The notes: generated by a model not told the origin, from the sequence alone. A DNA stretch of 64,000 nucleotides from Octopus sinensis (GCF_006345805.1 NC_043025.1:4092001-4156000); one strand, 5' to 3'; shown: positions 1 through 11,911, numbered from the stretch's first letter. Numbers and translations are program-made.

Positions 1-1143
1 TTTGTGGAGTAACAAAGCGACCAATGGTTTCATGTAAAATTCTTCACAATTTTTCAAGCAGTCCACTTAAACTTGCCATCACAGTTTTCTAATAACTGTT
101 GCTGTCACTCTCTCCCTTATTACACTCTCATCTATCCTAATGCCAATGATCCAGCCATCCACACAGCCTGCTTCACCCATTCCCTTCTCGTCACACACTT
201 GTTCATGTAACCTTCAACTCACACATACATCAGAGAGCAGTGAGGACTCTTTAGCCCCAAACTTTACCGCAATAGCGCTGGCACAATAAGATGATCTCAA
301 GGACACACTGTAAATTGAGTTGACACAATGAAAAGATGAGAGAACTCTTTAAACTGGAGCCAATGCACCCCTGGACACCGAGTGAAGGGTTTGGTGTTGA
401 GGAGGGCATCCAATCACACTCAAAACGAAAAGTATGAGCAAGAGATGGGCCTCCAATCCATTTTGGAGCAGAGTAATCCCATCACATGCATACTGACACT
501 GCAAACAGAAATATAAGGAGTGTAGAAATGAGAGAAGGACTCAATACAGACAGTGTTTGTTCTTTTGAAGTGGACACACATGGTTTAGTGGATAGGGTGG
601 TGGACTCATGATCGTAACATTGTGGTTTTGATTCCTGGACCGGGCAATGCATTGGGTCCTTGAGTGAAACAATTCATTTCATGCTACTCCCGACCACTCA
701 GCTGGCAAAAGCACGTAGTCCTGTGATGGAGTGGTGTCCCATCCAAGGGGAACAGATGTGCAATGGAGACTGGGGAAGCAGCCTTAGCAGTCTCTTATGA
801 CTCAGGAAGGATCATATTTCTTTGATGGTGAGCATCTCTTTCATAAGTTACATACACACACACACACACATTTGAGGCTGCGCTGGTGCCCCATTCTGAG
901 GCTGCTCCACTTCTTTGGTACACACGTCACTTTGGCTGTTGTTTTCTGCAAATATGGAATTTACTCATTTATGGATCCGTTTCACACCAAAGTTCAGTCA
1001 ATGAATAACTACAGCAGCCACAGCTGCTACTACTACTACTATTACTACAGCTACTACAACTACTATTGCCACTACTACTAAAACTTCTACCACTCATGAC
1101 TCAAACCCAATTGACACAGATGGAATATGTAAACACACACACA

Positions 1144-1189
<46 letters not shown>

Positions 1190-1282
1190 TACATACATGA
1201 CTATGCATTAAATGATCACTATGTGAGTATGTATGTGTGTGTGTATATATAATATATATATATAATATATATATATATATAT

Positions 1283-1815
1283 GGGGAAAGTAAGACGAAA
1301 AAAAGCGAAAATAGATATAAAAAAAAATAAAGGCTTTTTTTATGAAAAGTAACGATAAATATACACAATTAGATGAACTGAGGTAGAATTAAGAGGAATA
1401 ACAATAATGACTGTTATTGCTCTTAATTCTACCTCAGTTCATCTAATCTTTATATATAAAACTGAAGTTGTGTGAGTGTCTGTCTCCTCCGATTTAGATT
1501 CCTAACTACTCCCACATTTTGCGGTGCAGTTTAACTAAAAGCGGGTATCTTGTAGTCGTGATTCATATCGAGCCCTTCTGGGTATTAGCGCACGTCTACG
1601 ATGAGTCTACGATTTAAAAAAAATTTACCATCATTTTTCCGCATTTTTTTGCTCGGTTTATATAAGGGAAGTAACTATCTAAAAATGCTTATATAGTTAT
1701 TTCCCTTACAAACCCGAGCGATACTGCTAGTTGTATATATTAATCGTTACTTTTCATAAAAAAAGCCTTTATTTTTTTAAAAATCCATTTTTGCTTTTCT
1801 CTTCTTACTTTCCCC
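1283..1815. mobile_element. Palindromic MITE in TA repeats, with a Helitron-like insert
   Basis: TIR GGGGAAAGTAAGA.../...TCTTACTTTCCCC with TA flanks. The arms pair almost to the centre once 1447-1730 is removed. Confidence 0.75.
1447..1730 (+). mobile_element. Non-autonomous Helitron-like element
   Basis: 5' TC(TTTATATATAAA), 3' CTAG, inserted between A and T with no TSD. Subterminal hairpin gctcgg...taagggaagtaactat / atagttatttccctta...cccgagc. Confidence 0.55.
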
Positions 1816-1955
1816 ATATATAAATACCACGTGTAGTTTATTTTTCTCTTTGAAACCTAGTTCTGTTATATATACATATATACACTTTTTAAAATTTTAT
1901 TTATGGTTTCAGATAACAAGGGAGATCTCTTTACAATTTTCAAGCAAATAAACAA

Positions 1956-2412
1956 GGGAGACTTCTACACGGTAGCTTAACCTGGTAGAAATAGCAGCCA
2001 AATTTCCCTCAAATCACATGCTCCTGTCATATGTATATATGTATGTATGAGCCAATGAGGGAGACCTCTACATGGTAGCTAGACCTGCTAGAAATAACAG
2101 CCAAATCTCCCTCAAACAACACCCTACTCTCTTATGTATGTATATATGTATGTATGAGCCAATGAGGGAGACCTCTACATGGTAGCAAGACCTAGTAGAA
2201 ATAGCAGCCAAACCTCCCTCAAATCACACCCTACTCTCTCATGTATGAATATATGTATGTATGAGCCAATGAGGGAGACCTCTACATGGTAGCTAAACCT
2301 TGTAGAAATAGCAGCCAAATCTCCCTCAAACCACACCCATCTGTCTTATATATGTATGAGCCAATGAGGGAGATGTCTACATGGAGGCTAAGCGTGGCAG
2401 AAATAGCAGTCA
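1956..2412 (+). repeat. Tandem repeat, ~107-bp unit, ~4.5 copies
   Basis: agggagacctctacatggtagc...gaaatagcagccaaatctccctcaaa...gtatgagccaatg recurs at ~1956, 2058, 2165, 2272 and 2367. Confidence 0.9.
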
Positions 2413-2937
2413 AGTGAGGTCTAGCCACCATGTAGGGTGGTCATGGTTGGAGTGTCTTTAACGCTAGAGTTCTTTTGAGTAGGAGTAACCTGGGGTTTAT
2501 AGCAACAACAACAAAACACCCACAAACCACTTAGGGGACTCAGGTGTAGTCATTCGAATTGCCTGAAACAAATACACAAAAGTAGGTGTCAGCTCTTTTT
2601 CGAGTCATCAGGCTGCGACCATGCTGGGGCACAACTCTAAGGGGTTTAGGAGAACAAATCAACCCCCAGGACTTTGTTTTGAAGCCTGGTACTTATTGTA
2701 TTGATTGATTTTGCTGAATGGCAAAGTTACAAGGACATAAACAAACCAACACTGGTGGTGTCAAACGATGGGGCAAACACAACATACATACGATGGTGAG
2801 CTTCTTTTAGTTTCAGTCTACCAAGTTCACTTGGCCTTTGTATTGTGGGGCCCAAGGTGCCACACAGTAGGACTGAACCAGGAACCATATGGTTGGGAAA
2901 CAAACTTCTTACCACACAACCACTTCCCCAAGGTGCC

Positions 2938-2977
<40 letters not shown>

Positions 2978-3261
2978 CATACATACATACATACATACAT
3001 ACACACAACAGGCTTCTCTCAGTTTCCATCTAGCAAATCCACTGAAATGGTTTTGATCAGCTCAGGTCTATAAACAAAGACACAGTGGGACTGAGCCCAA
3101 AACCCCATGGTTGGGAGATGTCTTTGATCACATATCAGCTGTACCAGTAATTACTTGGAGCTATGGAAGACCATAAGTAAGGACTGATGTGAAGAGCAGC
3201 ACAAATAAACAACAACAAGAACAAGGAGTATTGAGGGGAGGGGCAGTGAGGCAAAATGTAC

Positions 3262-3560
3262 CTGATTTTGCATCAAATGTGTGTTGTTCCTGGCCACAGA
3301 GATGGCGCTCTTATCAAGAATGTCCCAGCTCTTCTGGCGACGAGTGACAGGTGTTATGGAGGGCTGGGCATTGGCGGGCGTCTGGATGGAGGGCGAAGAC
3401 ATGGAGTGCGCCGATGCACTGGGTCCGATGCTCGTGTTCGGCGTTTCTGGCTCGGCAGCATTGATGCTGTCCGAGGACGGTGAGTCGGTCATCACATACT
3501 GGCTGACCCGATGCTTCAGATGACATCGACTGCGGACCTCTTCGGACACAGAAACCAATG
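3262..3560 (-). CDS. NF1: Neurofibromin exon (A-LVSVSEEVRSRCHLKHR...TRRQKSWDILDKSA...MQNQ)
   Basis: 299 nt, tttcag acceptor and GTACA donor, phase 1/0. Matches human LLTVSEEVRSRCSLKHRKS and fly TRRQKSWDILD (recalled). Confidence 0.93.
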
Positions 3561-3884
3561 CTGAAATAGAACAAAAGAGAGAAAGCTACATCACTGAATA
3601 TCATTACACACAACACACACACATTTCCAAAATTTTACAAAAGCATAAACAGAAAATTCGCAGCTAATTCCCCATCAGTCAAGATCATCACAGTTTCGTG
3701 CCCTTTAACATTGATACTGTTCACTTTTGGTGGCGCCAGTGGCAAAAAGCCATTAGCAATGGCTAATGAATGCACAGGACAATGATGAAAACAAACACAA
3801 CAAAATAAAATATACATATACAACAAAAAGCTGTGTGGCTGCAAGAGGGATAGCTGTGGGGTAATACACACACATACATCTCCC

Positions 3885-4290
3885 ATCATCATCATTCATC
3901 ATTGTTCGACCGTGGTCAAGACAATGGAATTTACCATGCTACGCCAGACTTCACGGTCCATCATAGCACTACAGAGGTCCTGTTGCTGGATGCCTGTATC
4001 CCTGGAGATTACGTCAGGGTAGGAGAGTGTGTGCCCTCTGGTATTGCGAGCAGATGGCTTCCAGAGGAGAAGAGTAGAAATTACTTCTTTTTCAGCTCTA
4101 CAACAATGTCCAGCAAACTGGACTCTCCTACCATTCACAAGAGATGACACAGGTGGTAGTTTCCCATATATTTGCATTTTGGTTGGATGACGCTTCCACG
4201 AGAGATTTTGAGCTCTCATAAGGAGGCGAGTATAGGTTCCATCCAACTGCCTCTCAAGCTTATCTCCCATATAATATACACAATTTAAAA
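3885..4290 (-). mobile_element. RTE-clade LINE 3' end
   Basis: LDGTYTRLLMRAQNLSWK...RRVQFAGHC...LLLWKP...MMDREVWR followed by a (GAT)n tail. Confidence 0.8.
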
Positions 4291-4619
4291 AAGAGCTCCG
4301 AATAATTTCATGCTGTAGAGACATGATAATTTGGTAGATTCATACAAGATGCCATGTGTCTCCAAGCAATCTTTCTGGCTTAGTGCACACCATTAGAACT
4401 ATCCAAAAACCTGGATGCTTGTCTATGAGAAAACATGAGAGAAAAGACGGGAAGCAAAGCGCGAAGAAGGTTGATGCAAAAACTGGAATGAGAAGAAAGA
4501 AAAGAAAAAACCCAAGATTATTGTATTCTTTCACTGTAGAAACAATAATTAATGTAGATGCATGCAGTGCTTTTCTTCAATGGTCCTACCTATAATGGAA
4601 CAGTAAACTATATGTGAGG

Positions 4620-4965
4620 AACCAGGCAATGACAGAGGAATTCAAGATAGGTTTCCCCAGGGAGCTCCTCTATGCTGATGACATTGCTCTCATAGAAGAA
4701 TCACTACCAGAACTAGAGGAGAAATTTCAGGTGTAGAAGCAAGGTTTAGAATCAAAGGGCCTTAGAGTCAATGTTGCAAAAACCAAACTCCTAGTAAGTA
4801 GGACGGTAAATACATCACAAACTCCTTCAGGTAGAAACTCCATAAGATGTACCCAGTGTGAGCTTTGAATGCATAAGAGGTGCAGCAACAACAAAGAAAA
4901 GTTAACCGGGAAGATAGCTTTCATGTGCAGCAGATGCACAGGGGCAGTAAACACTGTGAAATCAG
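4620..4965 (+). mobile_element. Decayed RTE-type reverse transcriptase fragment
   Basis: ELLYADDIALI...GLESKGLRVNVAKTK with in-frame stops, followed by a Cys-rich insertion (CTQCEL.MHKRC...CSRC). Confidence 0.85.
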
Positions 4966-5509
4966 TGATGGCCATTGCCGACATAATGTAAATGGCACTC
5001 CTGCCGGTGGCACATAAATATTCCCCATTAGAGTGGATGACATTAGGAAGGGGATCAAGTCATGGAAACCAATCCAAAATCAGACTGGAACCTAGTGCAG
5101 CTGGCCAGCTGACCAGCTCTGGTCAAACTGCCTGACCCATCCCAGCATAGAAAACGGACATTCAATGATGATACGATGAAACGTTGCTTTACAAATTTAA
5201 TTCATTCCTGAAGGTGGTTTGTTACCCAAAATATCAGTACACTGAAACTCTTTTTCCCATAGGAAATTCCAGCAGGGATGTGCATGGATGGAAAGCCAGA
5301 CAACAACTGACACTCTCCTGCCAATATTCCCAGCTCATTGATGATCGTTGTGTATTCGTTACTCGAGATACTCTTTGTCATCCGGAAAATTTTATGTTAA
5401 AAAAAATTGTTCATCAGCTGATTTGGTTGTGACGAGAGGAGACGTGTTACAAGATGCTGATTGGCTTTCATCAGAGGAGACTGGCTCATAAGAATATATA
5501 TCGTGTTAA

Positions 5510-5704
5510 CTCTCTTTTACTTGTTTCAGTCATTTGACTGCGGCCAAGCCTTTAGTCGAGCAAATCGACCCCGGGACTTATTCTTTTGTAAGCCCAGTAC
5601 TTATTCTATCGGTCTCTTTTTGCCGAACCGCTAAGTGACGGGGACATAAACACACTAGCATCGGTTGTCAAGCAATGCTAGGGGGACAAACACAGACACA
5701 CAAA

Positions 5705-5734
<30 letters not shown>
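5510..5734 (-). mobile_element. 3' half of a tRNA-derived SINE (family A)
   Basis: Matches the 3' part of the intact copy at 46374-46760, including acacactagcatcggttgtcaagcaatgctaggggga. Confidence 0.85.
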
Positions 5735-5739
<5 letters not shown>

Positions 5740-5754
5740 TTATTATATAGAAGG

Positions 5755-5805
5755 AGCTTCTACAGGACTAGAACTGTTTCATTCAAAAGAAATCATCAGG
5801 AAGCT
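5755..5805 (-). ncRNA. Type I minimal hammerhead ribozyme (PLE 3' end)
   Basis: Minus strand reads AGCUUC-CUGAUGA-U.UUC(UUUU)GAA.U-GAAA-CAG(UUCUAGUC)CUG-UA-GAAGCU. 6-bp stem I, intact core, 4-bp stem III, GUA cleavage triplet (cut between 5761 and 5760). Confidence 0.8.
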
Positions 5806-6949
5806 AGTAGACAAGAGTTGTTTTGGCATTTATACATTTAGGCAGGTTTAAATGGGTGGTGGTGGGGGACTTTTTTGGGGGTAGGCATGGCGCAAAACTG
5901 TCATTATTAGGGGAGTGGTCAAAGGAATCGGTGGTAAAGTAGATGAAAGAATAAATAAAAGAATAAAAAAATAAATAGAAAAATAGTTTTAGGTAAGTAA
6001 GGAGAGTCTCACTTGTACATCTACATATATATATATATACACATATCTACACCCACATATTCACATATATCTATACATATACATACATACCCACATATAA
6101 ATACATATATATATGCATACATACACATACATATACATGCATATACATATATATACATGTACCCATGTACGTACACACAAATACACATATACATACATAT
6201 ATATACATATATGTATACACACTCGCACATATATATACATACACACATATATATACACATGCATATACATGCACACACATTTTTATTCTCTTATTTTAAT
6301 TTTATTATTACTACTACTTTTGTTTATATCTTTATTTTTATCTTGACCGCGGTCAGCCGGTCTCAAGGGAGATCTAAAGATTCCGTTTATCTATCTACTC
6401 ACTGATACGGACGCAAGCACTCACTCACGCCCACACACTCACACGTACACACATACTCATACGCATACATACCTCAATACACCCACAGAAGACTAGTCCA
6501 TACATATACACTAATTAATATATATACACATATACACATACATACATACATACATACACATATACATATATATATACATATACATACACATATACATTCA
6601 TACATATATACACATACACACACACACACGCATCTATATATACACATAAGTACATACATGCATAAATGTATACATATGTCTATACATATGCATACACATC
6701 CACACACACACGCGCCTCCTTATGTTCATAAATACATACATGCATACTCATATAATAATAATAATAATAATAATAAATATATATACGTGCAGTTACCCAT
6801 TATACAGATGGATACATACATATAAACATACCCATATATACCTATTTACACATATGTATATATACATACATACATACACACATAACTCTACATACCTACA
6901 TATACATAAACACACAAGCGTACACATATATATATATATATACACACAC

Positions 6950-6989
<40 letters not shown>

Positions 6990-6999
6990 CTATATACAT

Positions 7000-7046
<47 letters not shown>

Positions 7047-8416
7047 CATTTACACACACATTTTTTTACACATATATATATATACACATACACATACATA
7101 TACACATATATATACACACTGTCTTTCCTACCCGCCATTGCTTCTTCACCAAACTTTTTGGCGCCCTCCGATTCTTCCCCTCTCTTCCTCCCATCCTCCT
7201 CCCCTCTTCCTCCCATCCTCCTTAATCCCTTCTTTCTCGTTTTCTCTTGGTCACTGATTCTGTCCCCTGCCTTCCACCCTCTTTGATTCCCTCTCTCTCT
7301 GTCTCTCTTCTCTCTCTCCTGCGACCTGCTGCTTCTTAAACCATTCTGTTGGCCTTCGTATCTCGACCAACATGTGTCCCCGCTACCGAAACGGTAATTA
7401 TTTCTACGCCAGCTATGTTGTTGTTGTTGTTTTTGTCTCATTTGGTCTAAAGTCGTATGACAACCACCGTATATATATTTTGTTTATTCATTACTGTTTT
7501 CAATTTCGTTTTCGTCTCTTGTATTCACATCCGTCTTGTGCGTTCACATTCCTGTCTTCTACCAAGAAATCTAATGCTTACAGCTTAGTTTTTTTTCTTG
7601 GGGCTGGCCGAGTTGGAGCAAATATCAGAATTGAACAGCCGAAATTTGCTATGATGATTCGGTGTCTGACTGAAGATTGAAGGCTTCGAATGATTTGTCT
7701 GTGTTCCGTGTTCGTCCCTTCCTGTATTTCACGTTCATTATATATAAAAACATTCATCATTATATATGTGTATATATACATATATATATATATATATACA
7801 TACACACAAGCACATACATGCATAAATGTATACATATGTTTATACAAATGCATACACATACACACACTCACGCGCCTCCTTATATACATAAATACATACA
7901 TGCATACAAACGCATACTCATGGAATAAATAATGAATAATAAATAATAATAATAAATAATAGATATATATACACATGCAGTTACCCTTTGTACAGGCGGA
8001 AACATACATATAAGCGTACACGTATATACCTATCTACACATATGTATATATACATACATACATGCACATACACATAACTCTACATACTTACATATACATG
8101 AACACACGAGCGTACACATATATATATATATACACATACATACACACATATATACACATATATATATACATACATACACATACACACATATATATATATA
8201 TATATATAAATATATTAAAAAACCACACACATACACATGTACATACACATACATATACACGCACTCACATACATGCGTATATTCCTACTAACACCTATTC
8301 ATTTCTATACATATATACAAGTGTACATATACAATCTGTGAGTAGTCTTAGGAGGAAAGTTAATCGGGGGTGCTGGGGGAACGGTGGGGTTGGGGGGTTT
8401 TGTGGGTGGGGTGTCG

Positions 8417-9452
8417 TCAATCGGGTTGCCGGGTGGGTCTATAGTTCTTGTAGTTTGCATAAATTTTATGCATGCAATTTGGGGAGTGTTCTGAGATCTT
8501 GTTGAGGAGATGGCCTTTGGCGAACAAGATCTCTAGGCTCTCGGAAATGCAAAGGTCACAGCAGGTATGGCCTCCTGTGAACGAACGTGCCTTCTGTAGC
8601 AGTCTCCACTTGGTCTTGAAGGGGATGGAGTTCCTTTTAAGGTACCAGATGTGGGCGGCGAGGGTAGTTTGGTTGGATTTATCAGGTCGCCGGAACGAGT
8701 GTGTGTGGGCGTACCAGCGGGTCTTAAAGCTGTTTGACGTCATTCCGATGTACGATTTTCTTTTATCATCGGGGCCTGATCGTACCTCGCATGTATAGAC
8801 GAGGTCCCTCTGTAGGCAGTTGTTGTTGAGGGGGCAGGTGGTTTTATCAGGGCAGTTGCAATTGCTATCGGATGTTGGATGGGCCTCGGAAAGAGTAGAT
8901 ATATTAAGTTTTTTCACGTTGTTGTTGGCTAGGTTCCTGGCTAGATTGGGCGTGGTAGAGTAGGAGAGTCTAATGGTGTTCTTATTTAGGATAGCATAGT
9001 ACTTATGTTGGGTGGGGAAGTGTTTCTGTAGGAGAGTGAAGAAGATTTTAGCTACAGGTGTAGCGACCTCACGGTTGAAGGGGGGGTTGTACCAGCTAAT
9101 GTGTCTTCGCCTATTTTTCCTGGGTTGGCATGGGGCTATACTAGTATAGGTGATCTTATCTTTAAAGCCACTGCGGGCCAGGGCCTCGATGTAATAGGGG
9201 GCTGCGGCATTAAAGATATCTTCAGTAGCGGACAGGCTAGATATTCTAATTGAGACACTTTTTATTAGGTTGTCTAATATATTTTTGGGGTGGTTGGAAT
9301 TAATGTCTATATATCTAAGGGATTCATTTGGTTTGTGGTACGGGTAATAAAGTGAGGTTTTTAAGTCAAGGGTGACGTCAAGGAAGTTAGCTTTGGTTAA
9401 GTTGGATTCTAAGGTAATCCTAAGGCCTAAGTTTTTAAAAAAAGTGTAAAGA
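8417..9452 (-). CDS. PLE polyprotein fragment: RT thumb (NFLDVTLDL, YIDINSNHP, WYNPPF), Cys-rich linker (CNCPDKTTCPLNNNC) and GIY-YIG endonuclease (VYTCEV...SYIGMT...RW..H...CDLCISE)
   Basis: About 345 uninterrupted codons. The ORF-track start at 9490 lies in flanking SINE sequence and is not the real start. The clade may be Naiad-like, which is inference only. Confidence 0.9.
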
Positions 9453-9624
9453 TATATGTATATATACGACGGGCTTCTTTCAGTTTCCATCTACCAAATC
9501 CACTCACAAGGCATTGGTCGGCTCGGGGCTATAGCAGAAGACGCTTGCCCAAGATGCCACGCAGTGGGACTGAATCCGGAACCATGTGGTTGGTTAGCAA
9601 GCTACTTACCACACAGCCACTCCT
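9453..9624 (-). mobile_element. 5' half (tRNA-like head) of the same family A SINE
   Basis: Head GGCTGTGTGGTAAGTAGC with B-box-like GGTTCCGGATTC. Matches 46598-46760. Confidence 0.85.
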
Positions 9625-9792
9625 GTGCCTGTTTATTAAATAATCATACACACACACACACAGCCTGATTGGCTCCCATGCCAGTAGCATGTAAAAAGTA
9701 CCATTCGAGTGTGGTCGATGCCAGTGCTACATGGCTGGCTCCTATGCCAGTGGCATGTAAAAAGCACCCACTACACTCTTGGAGTGGTTGGT

Positions 9793-10205
9793 GGCGGCAA
9801 GCTGGCAGAAATGTTAGCAGGCCGGGCGAAATGCTTAGCAGTATTTCGTTTGCCGCTACGTTCTGAGATCAAATTCCGCCGAGGTCGACTTTGCCTTTCA
9901 TCCTTTCGGGGTCGATAAATTAAGTACCAGTTACGCACTGGGGTCGATATAATCGACTTAATCCGTTTGTCTGTCCTTGTTTGTCCCCTCTGTGTTTAGC
10001 CCCTTGTGGGTAGTAAAGAAATAGGTATTTCGTCTGCCGTTACGTTCTGAGTTCAAATTCCACCGAGGTCGACTTTGCCTTTCATCCTTTCGGGGTCAAT
10101 TAAATAAGTACCAGTTACACACTGTGATCGATATAATCGACTTAATCCGTTTGTCTGTCCTTGCTTGTCCTCTCTGTGTTTAGCCCCTTGTAGGTAGTAA
10201 AGAAA
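9793..10205 (+). mobile_element. tRNA-derived SINE (family C), head-body-body dimer nested in a family B element
   Basis: GGCGGCAAGCTGGCAGAA head with the ~183-bp body repeated. TTGGT occurs on both sides (9788-9792 and 10206-10210). The host element resumes at 10207. Confidence 0.8.
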
Positions 10206-10447
10206 TTGGTATTAGGAAGGGCATCCAGCTGTAGAAACCTTGCCAGGTCAGTTTGGAGCCTGGTGCAGCTTCCTGGGTTGCCAGACCCCGGTCGAACCGT
10301 CCAACCCATGCCAGCAAGGAAAGCGGATGTTAAACGATGATGATGTATGTGTATGTGTGTGTGTGTTAGTGTGTATGAGAGAGAGAGAAAGTGAGAGACA
10401 ATGAGTAGTTGGTGTGAGGAAGAAGAAGAAAGAAGTTGTGAAAATAC

Positions 10448-10491
10448 CTGCCAAATATGGAACCGTCTGAGGGGTGACTTCAAACTTATCC
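10448..10491 (-). CDS. NF1: Neurofibromin exon (R-DKFEVTPQTVPYLA-A)
   Basis: 44 nt, ttccag acceptor and GTATT donor, phase 2/1. Matches human DKFEVNTQSVAYLAA. Confidence 0.93.
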
Positions 10492-10589
10492 CTGGAAGAG
10501 ATGGAAAAAAAGGGAAAAATAACCAATGGAGGGGTTGTACATTATAACAATGATGCATTCATAGAAACTTGTACAGGACAAAGAGAACT

Positions 10590-10930
10590 GGATGATGATG
10601 ATGGTGATACTAATGCTGATAGTGACAATGACAATGTTTATAATGATGTTGGTGATGGTGGTGATGATGATGGTGACAATGACGATGATGATGACGACGA
10701 CGATGATGACGGTGACAATGATAATGATGATGATGATGGTGATGATGATGGTGACAATGATAATGATGATGATGATGGTGATGATGATGGTGACAATGAT
10801 GATGATGATGATGGTGACAATGTGATAATGATGATGGTGGTGATACTAATGCTGATAGTGACAATGACAATGTTGATAATGATGTCGGTGATGATGAAGA
10901 TGGCTGGGGTGATGATGATGGTGATGGCAA
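10590..10930. repeat. (GAT/GGT/GAC)n trinucleotide tract filling most of a 464-nt NF1 intron
   Basis: Direct reading. The poly-D, poly-H and poly-S ORFs in the track are artefacts. Confidence 0.95.
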
Positions 10931-10955
10931 CGATGAAGCCGACACATGTACCTAC

Positions 10956-11043
10956 CTATTTAATGGTTTCACAGTGATGACCAGTAACTGATTCAGGACC
11001 CGAATAGTCCGAGATACCGTTGTAGGAGACGTGTGTCGGAACC
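10956..11043 (-). CDS. NF1: Neurofibromin exon (G-FRHTSPTTVSRTIRVLNQLLVITVKPLN-R)
   Basis: 88 nt, ccatag acceptor and GTAGG donor, phase 1/2, in frame with both neighbours. Resembles human GYRHPSPAIVARTVRILHTLL. Not in the ORF track. Confidence 0.92.
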
Positions 11044-11065
11044 CTATGGAAGACAGTGAAAAGGA

Positions 11066-11682
11066 ACAATGCAGTGTAAGCTATGGACACATAAAAGGTG
11101 CAGTAATATCAAAGGAAGGCTAACTGGGAAGATGGTTTTGTGTGGCAAATGTTCAGGGGCAATAAACACTGAAAATGTGCAGAGAACAACTTATGCCACA
11201 TTCCAGGGAGAAAAACTAGAAGTAGTTAACCAAGACAGTAGCAGGGGTGGATGCTCAGAGTGTAGCTGCTAAAATAAGAATAGCCTGGGCAAAGTTCAGA
11301 GAGGTTCTACCTTTGCTGGTAACAAAAGGCCTCTTGCTCAGAATAAAAGGTAAACTGTATGATGCATGTATGTGAACAGCCATGCTACATGGCAGTGACT
11401 GCTGAGGACAAGCGTAAGCTTACGAGGAATGAAGCTAGTATGATCCGATGGATGTATAATGTCAGGGTGCATACACGACAGGGTGTATGCACCCCGAGAG
11501 AAAAGTTGGACTTAAGAAGCATCAGATGTGGTGTGCAAGAGAGACGACTGCACTGGTATGGTCATGTGTTGCGTATGGATGAGGACAGCTGTTTGCAAAA
11601 GTGTCTCACCCTAGCAGTTGAGGGAAACTGTGGAAGAGGTAGACCCAGGAAGACCTGCGATGAGGTGGTGAAGCACAACCTA
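11066..11682 (+). mobile_element. Decayed RTE-type LINE C-terminal fragment
   Basis: CKLWTHKRCS...AWAKFREVLPLL...RRLHWYGHVLRM...GRGRPRKT. It abuts the acceptor tract of the NF1 exon ending at 11043. Confidence 0.85.
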
Positions 11683-11686
11683 TTAA

Positions 11687-11907
11687 CCCTTTAGCATTTA
11701 AACCGGCCATATCCAGCCAAAAATATTCTACTCGTTTTATGTTCAAAATGGCCAGATCTGGTCTCTCACACCAACCCTACAATATCGTTTTAAAAATTAA
11801 CAGCTACCTCATCAAAATCTCATTGCTACAAGATAATGCCTGATTAGTTCAAAACAATGTGGATGAAGAAGCATTAATTTTGACAGAATAGTGCGAACAC
11901 TAAAGGG
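11687..11907. mobile_element. piggyBac-type MITE
   Basis: TTAA-CCCTTTAG...CTAAAGGG-TTAA. A related partial copy lies at ~54667-54840. Confidence 0.8.
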
Positions 11908-11911
11908 TTAA

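Larger units (their letters stand above)
5737..9452 (-). mobile_element. 5'-truncated Penelope-like retroelement (RT C-terminus + GIY-YIG endonuclease, long repetitive 3' region ending in a hammerhead)
   Basis: Inserted into the (TA)n of a SINE whose two halves flank it (5510-5734 and 9453-9624). Carries the ORF at 8417-9452 and a hammerhead at 5755-5805. Confidence 0.82.

Noticed and set aside
580-800. Genuine tRNA genes (here and at other SINE heads)
   Set aside because: They have A/B-box-like motifs but no complete cloverleaf, and each continues into SINE body sequence.
5184-5432. 82-aa ORF as a transposase or host exon
   Set aside because: No recognisable motif was found in either strand's frames and it is not needed for the NF1 exon chain.
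7640-7700. Plus-strand hammerhead around CTGAAGA
   Set aside because: It is followed by GAAT rather than GAAA, and no consistent stems II and III can be drawn.
6013-8505. Track ORFs rich in IY/HT/CV and the 181-aa RQKQ... ORF
   Set aside because: These are translations of TA/CA microsatellites and low-complexity purine runs with no domain signature.
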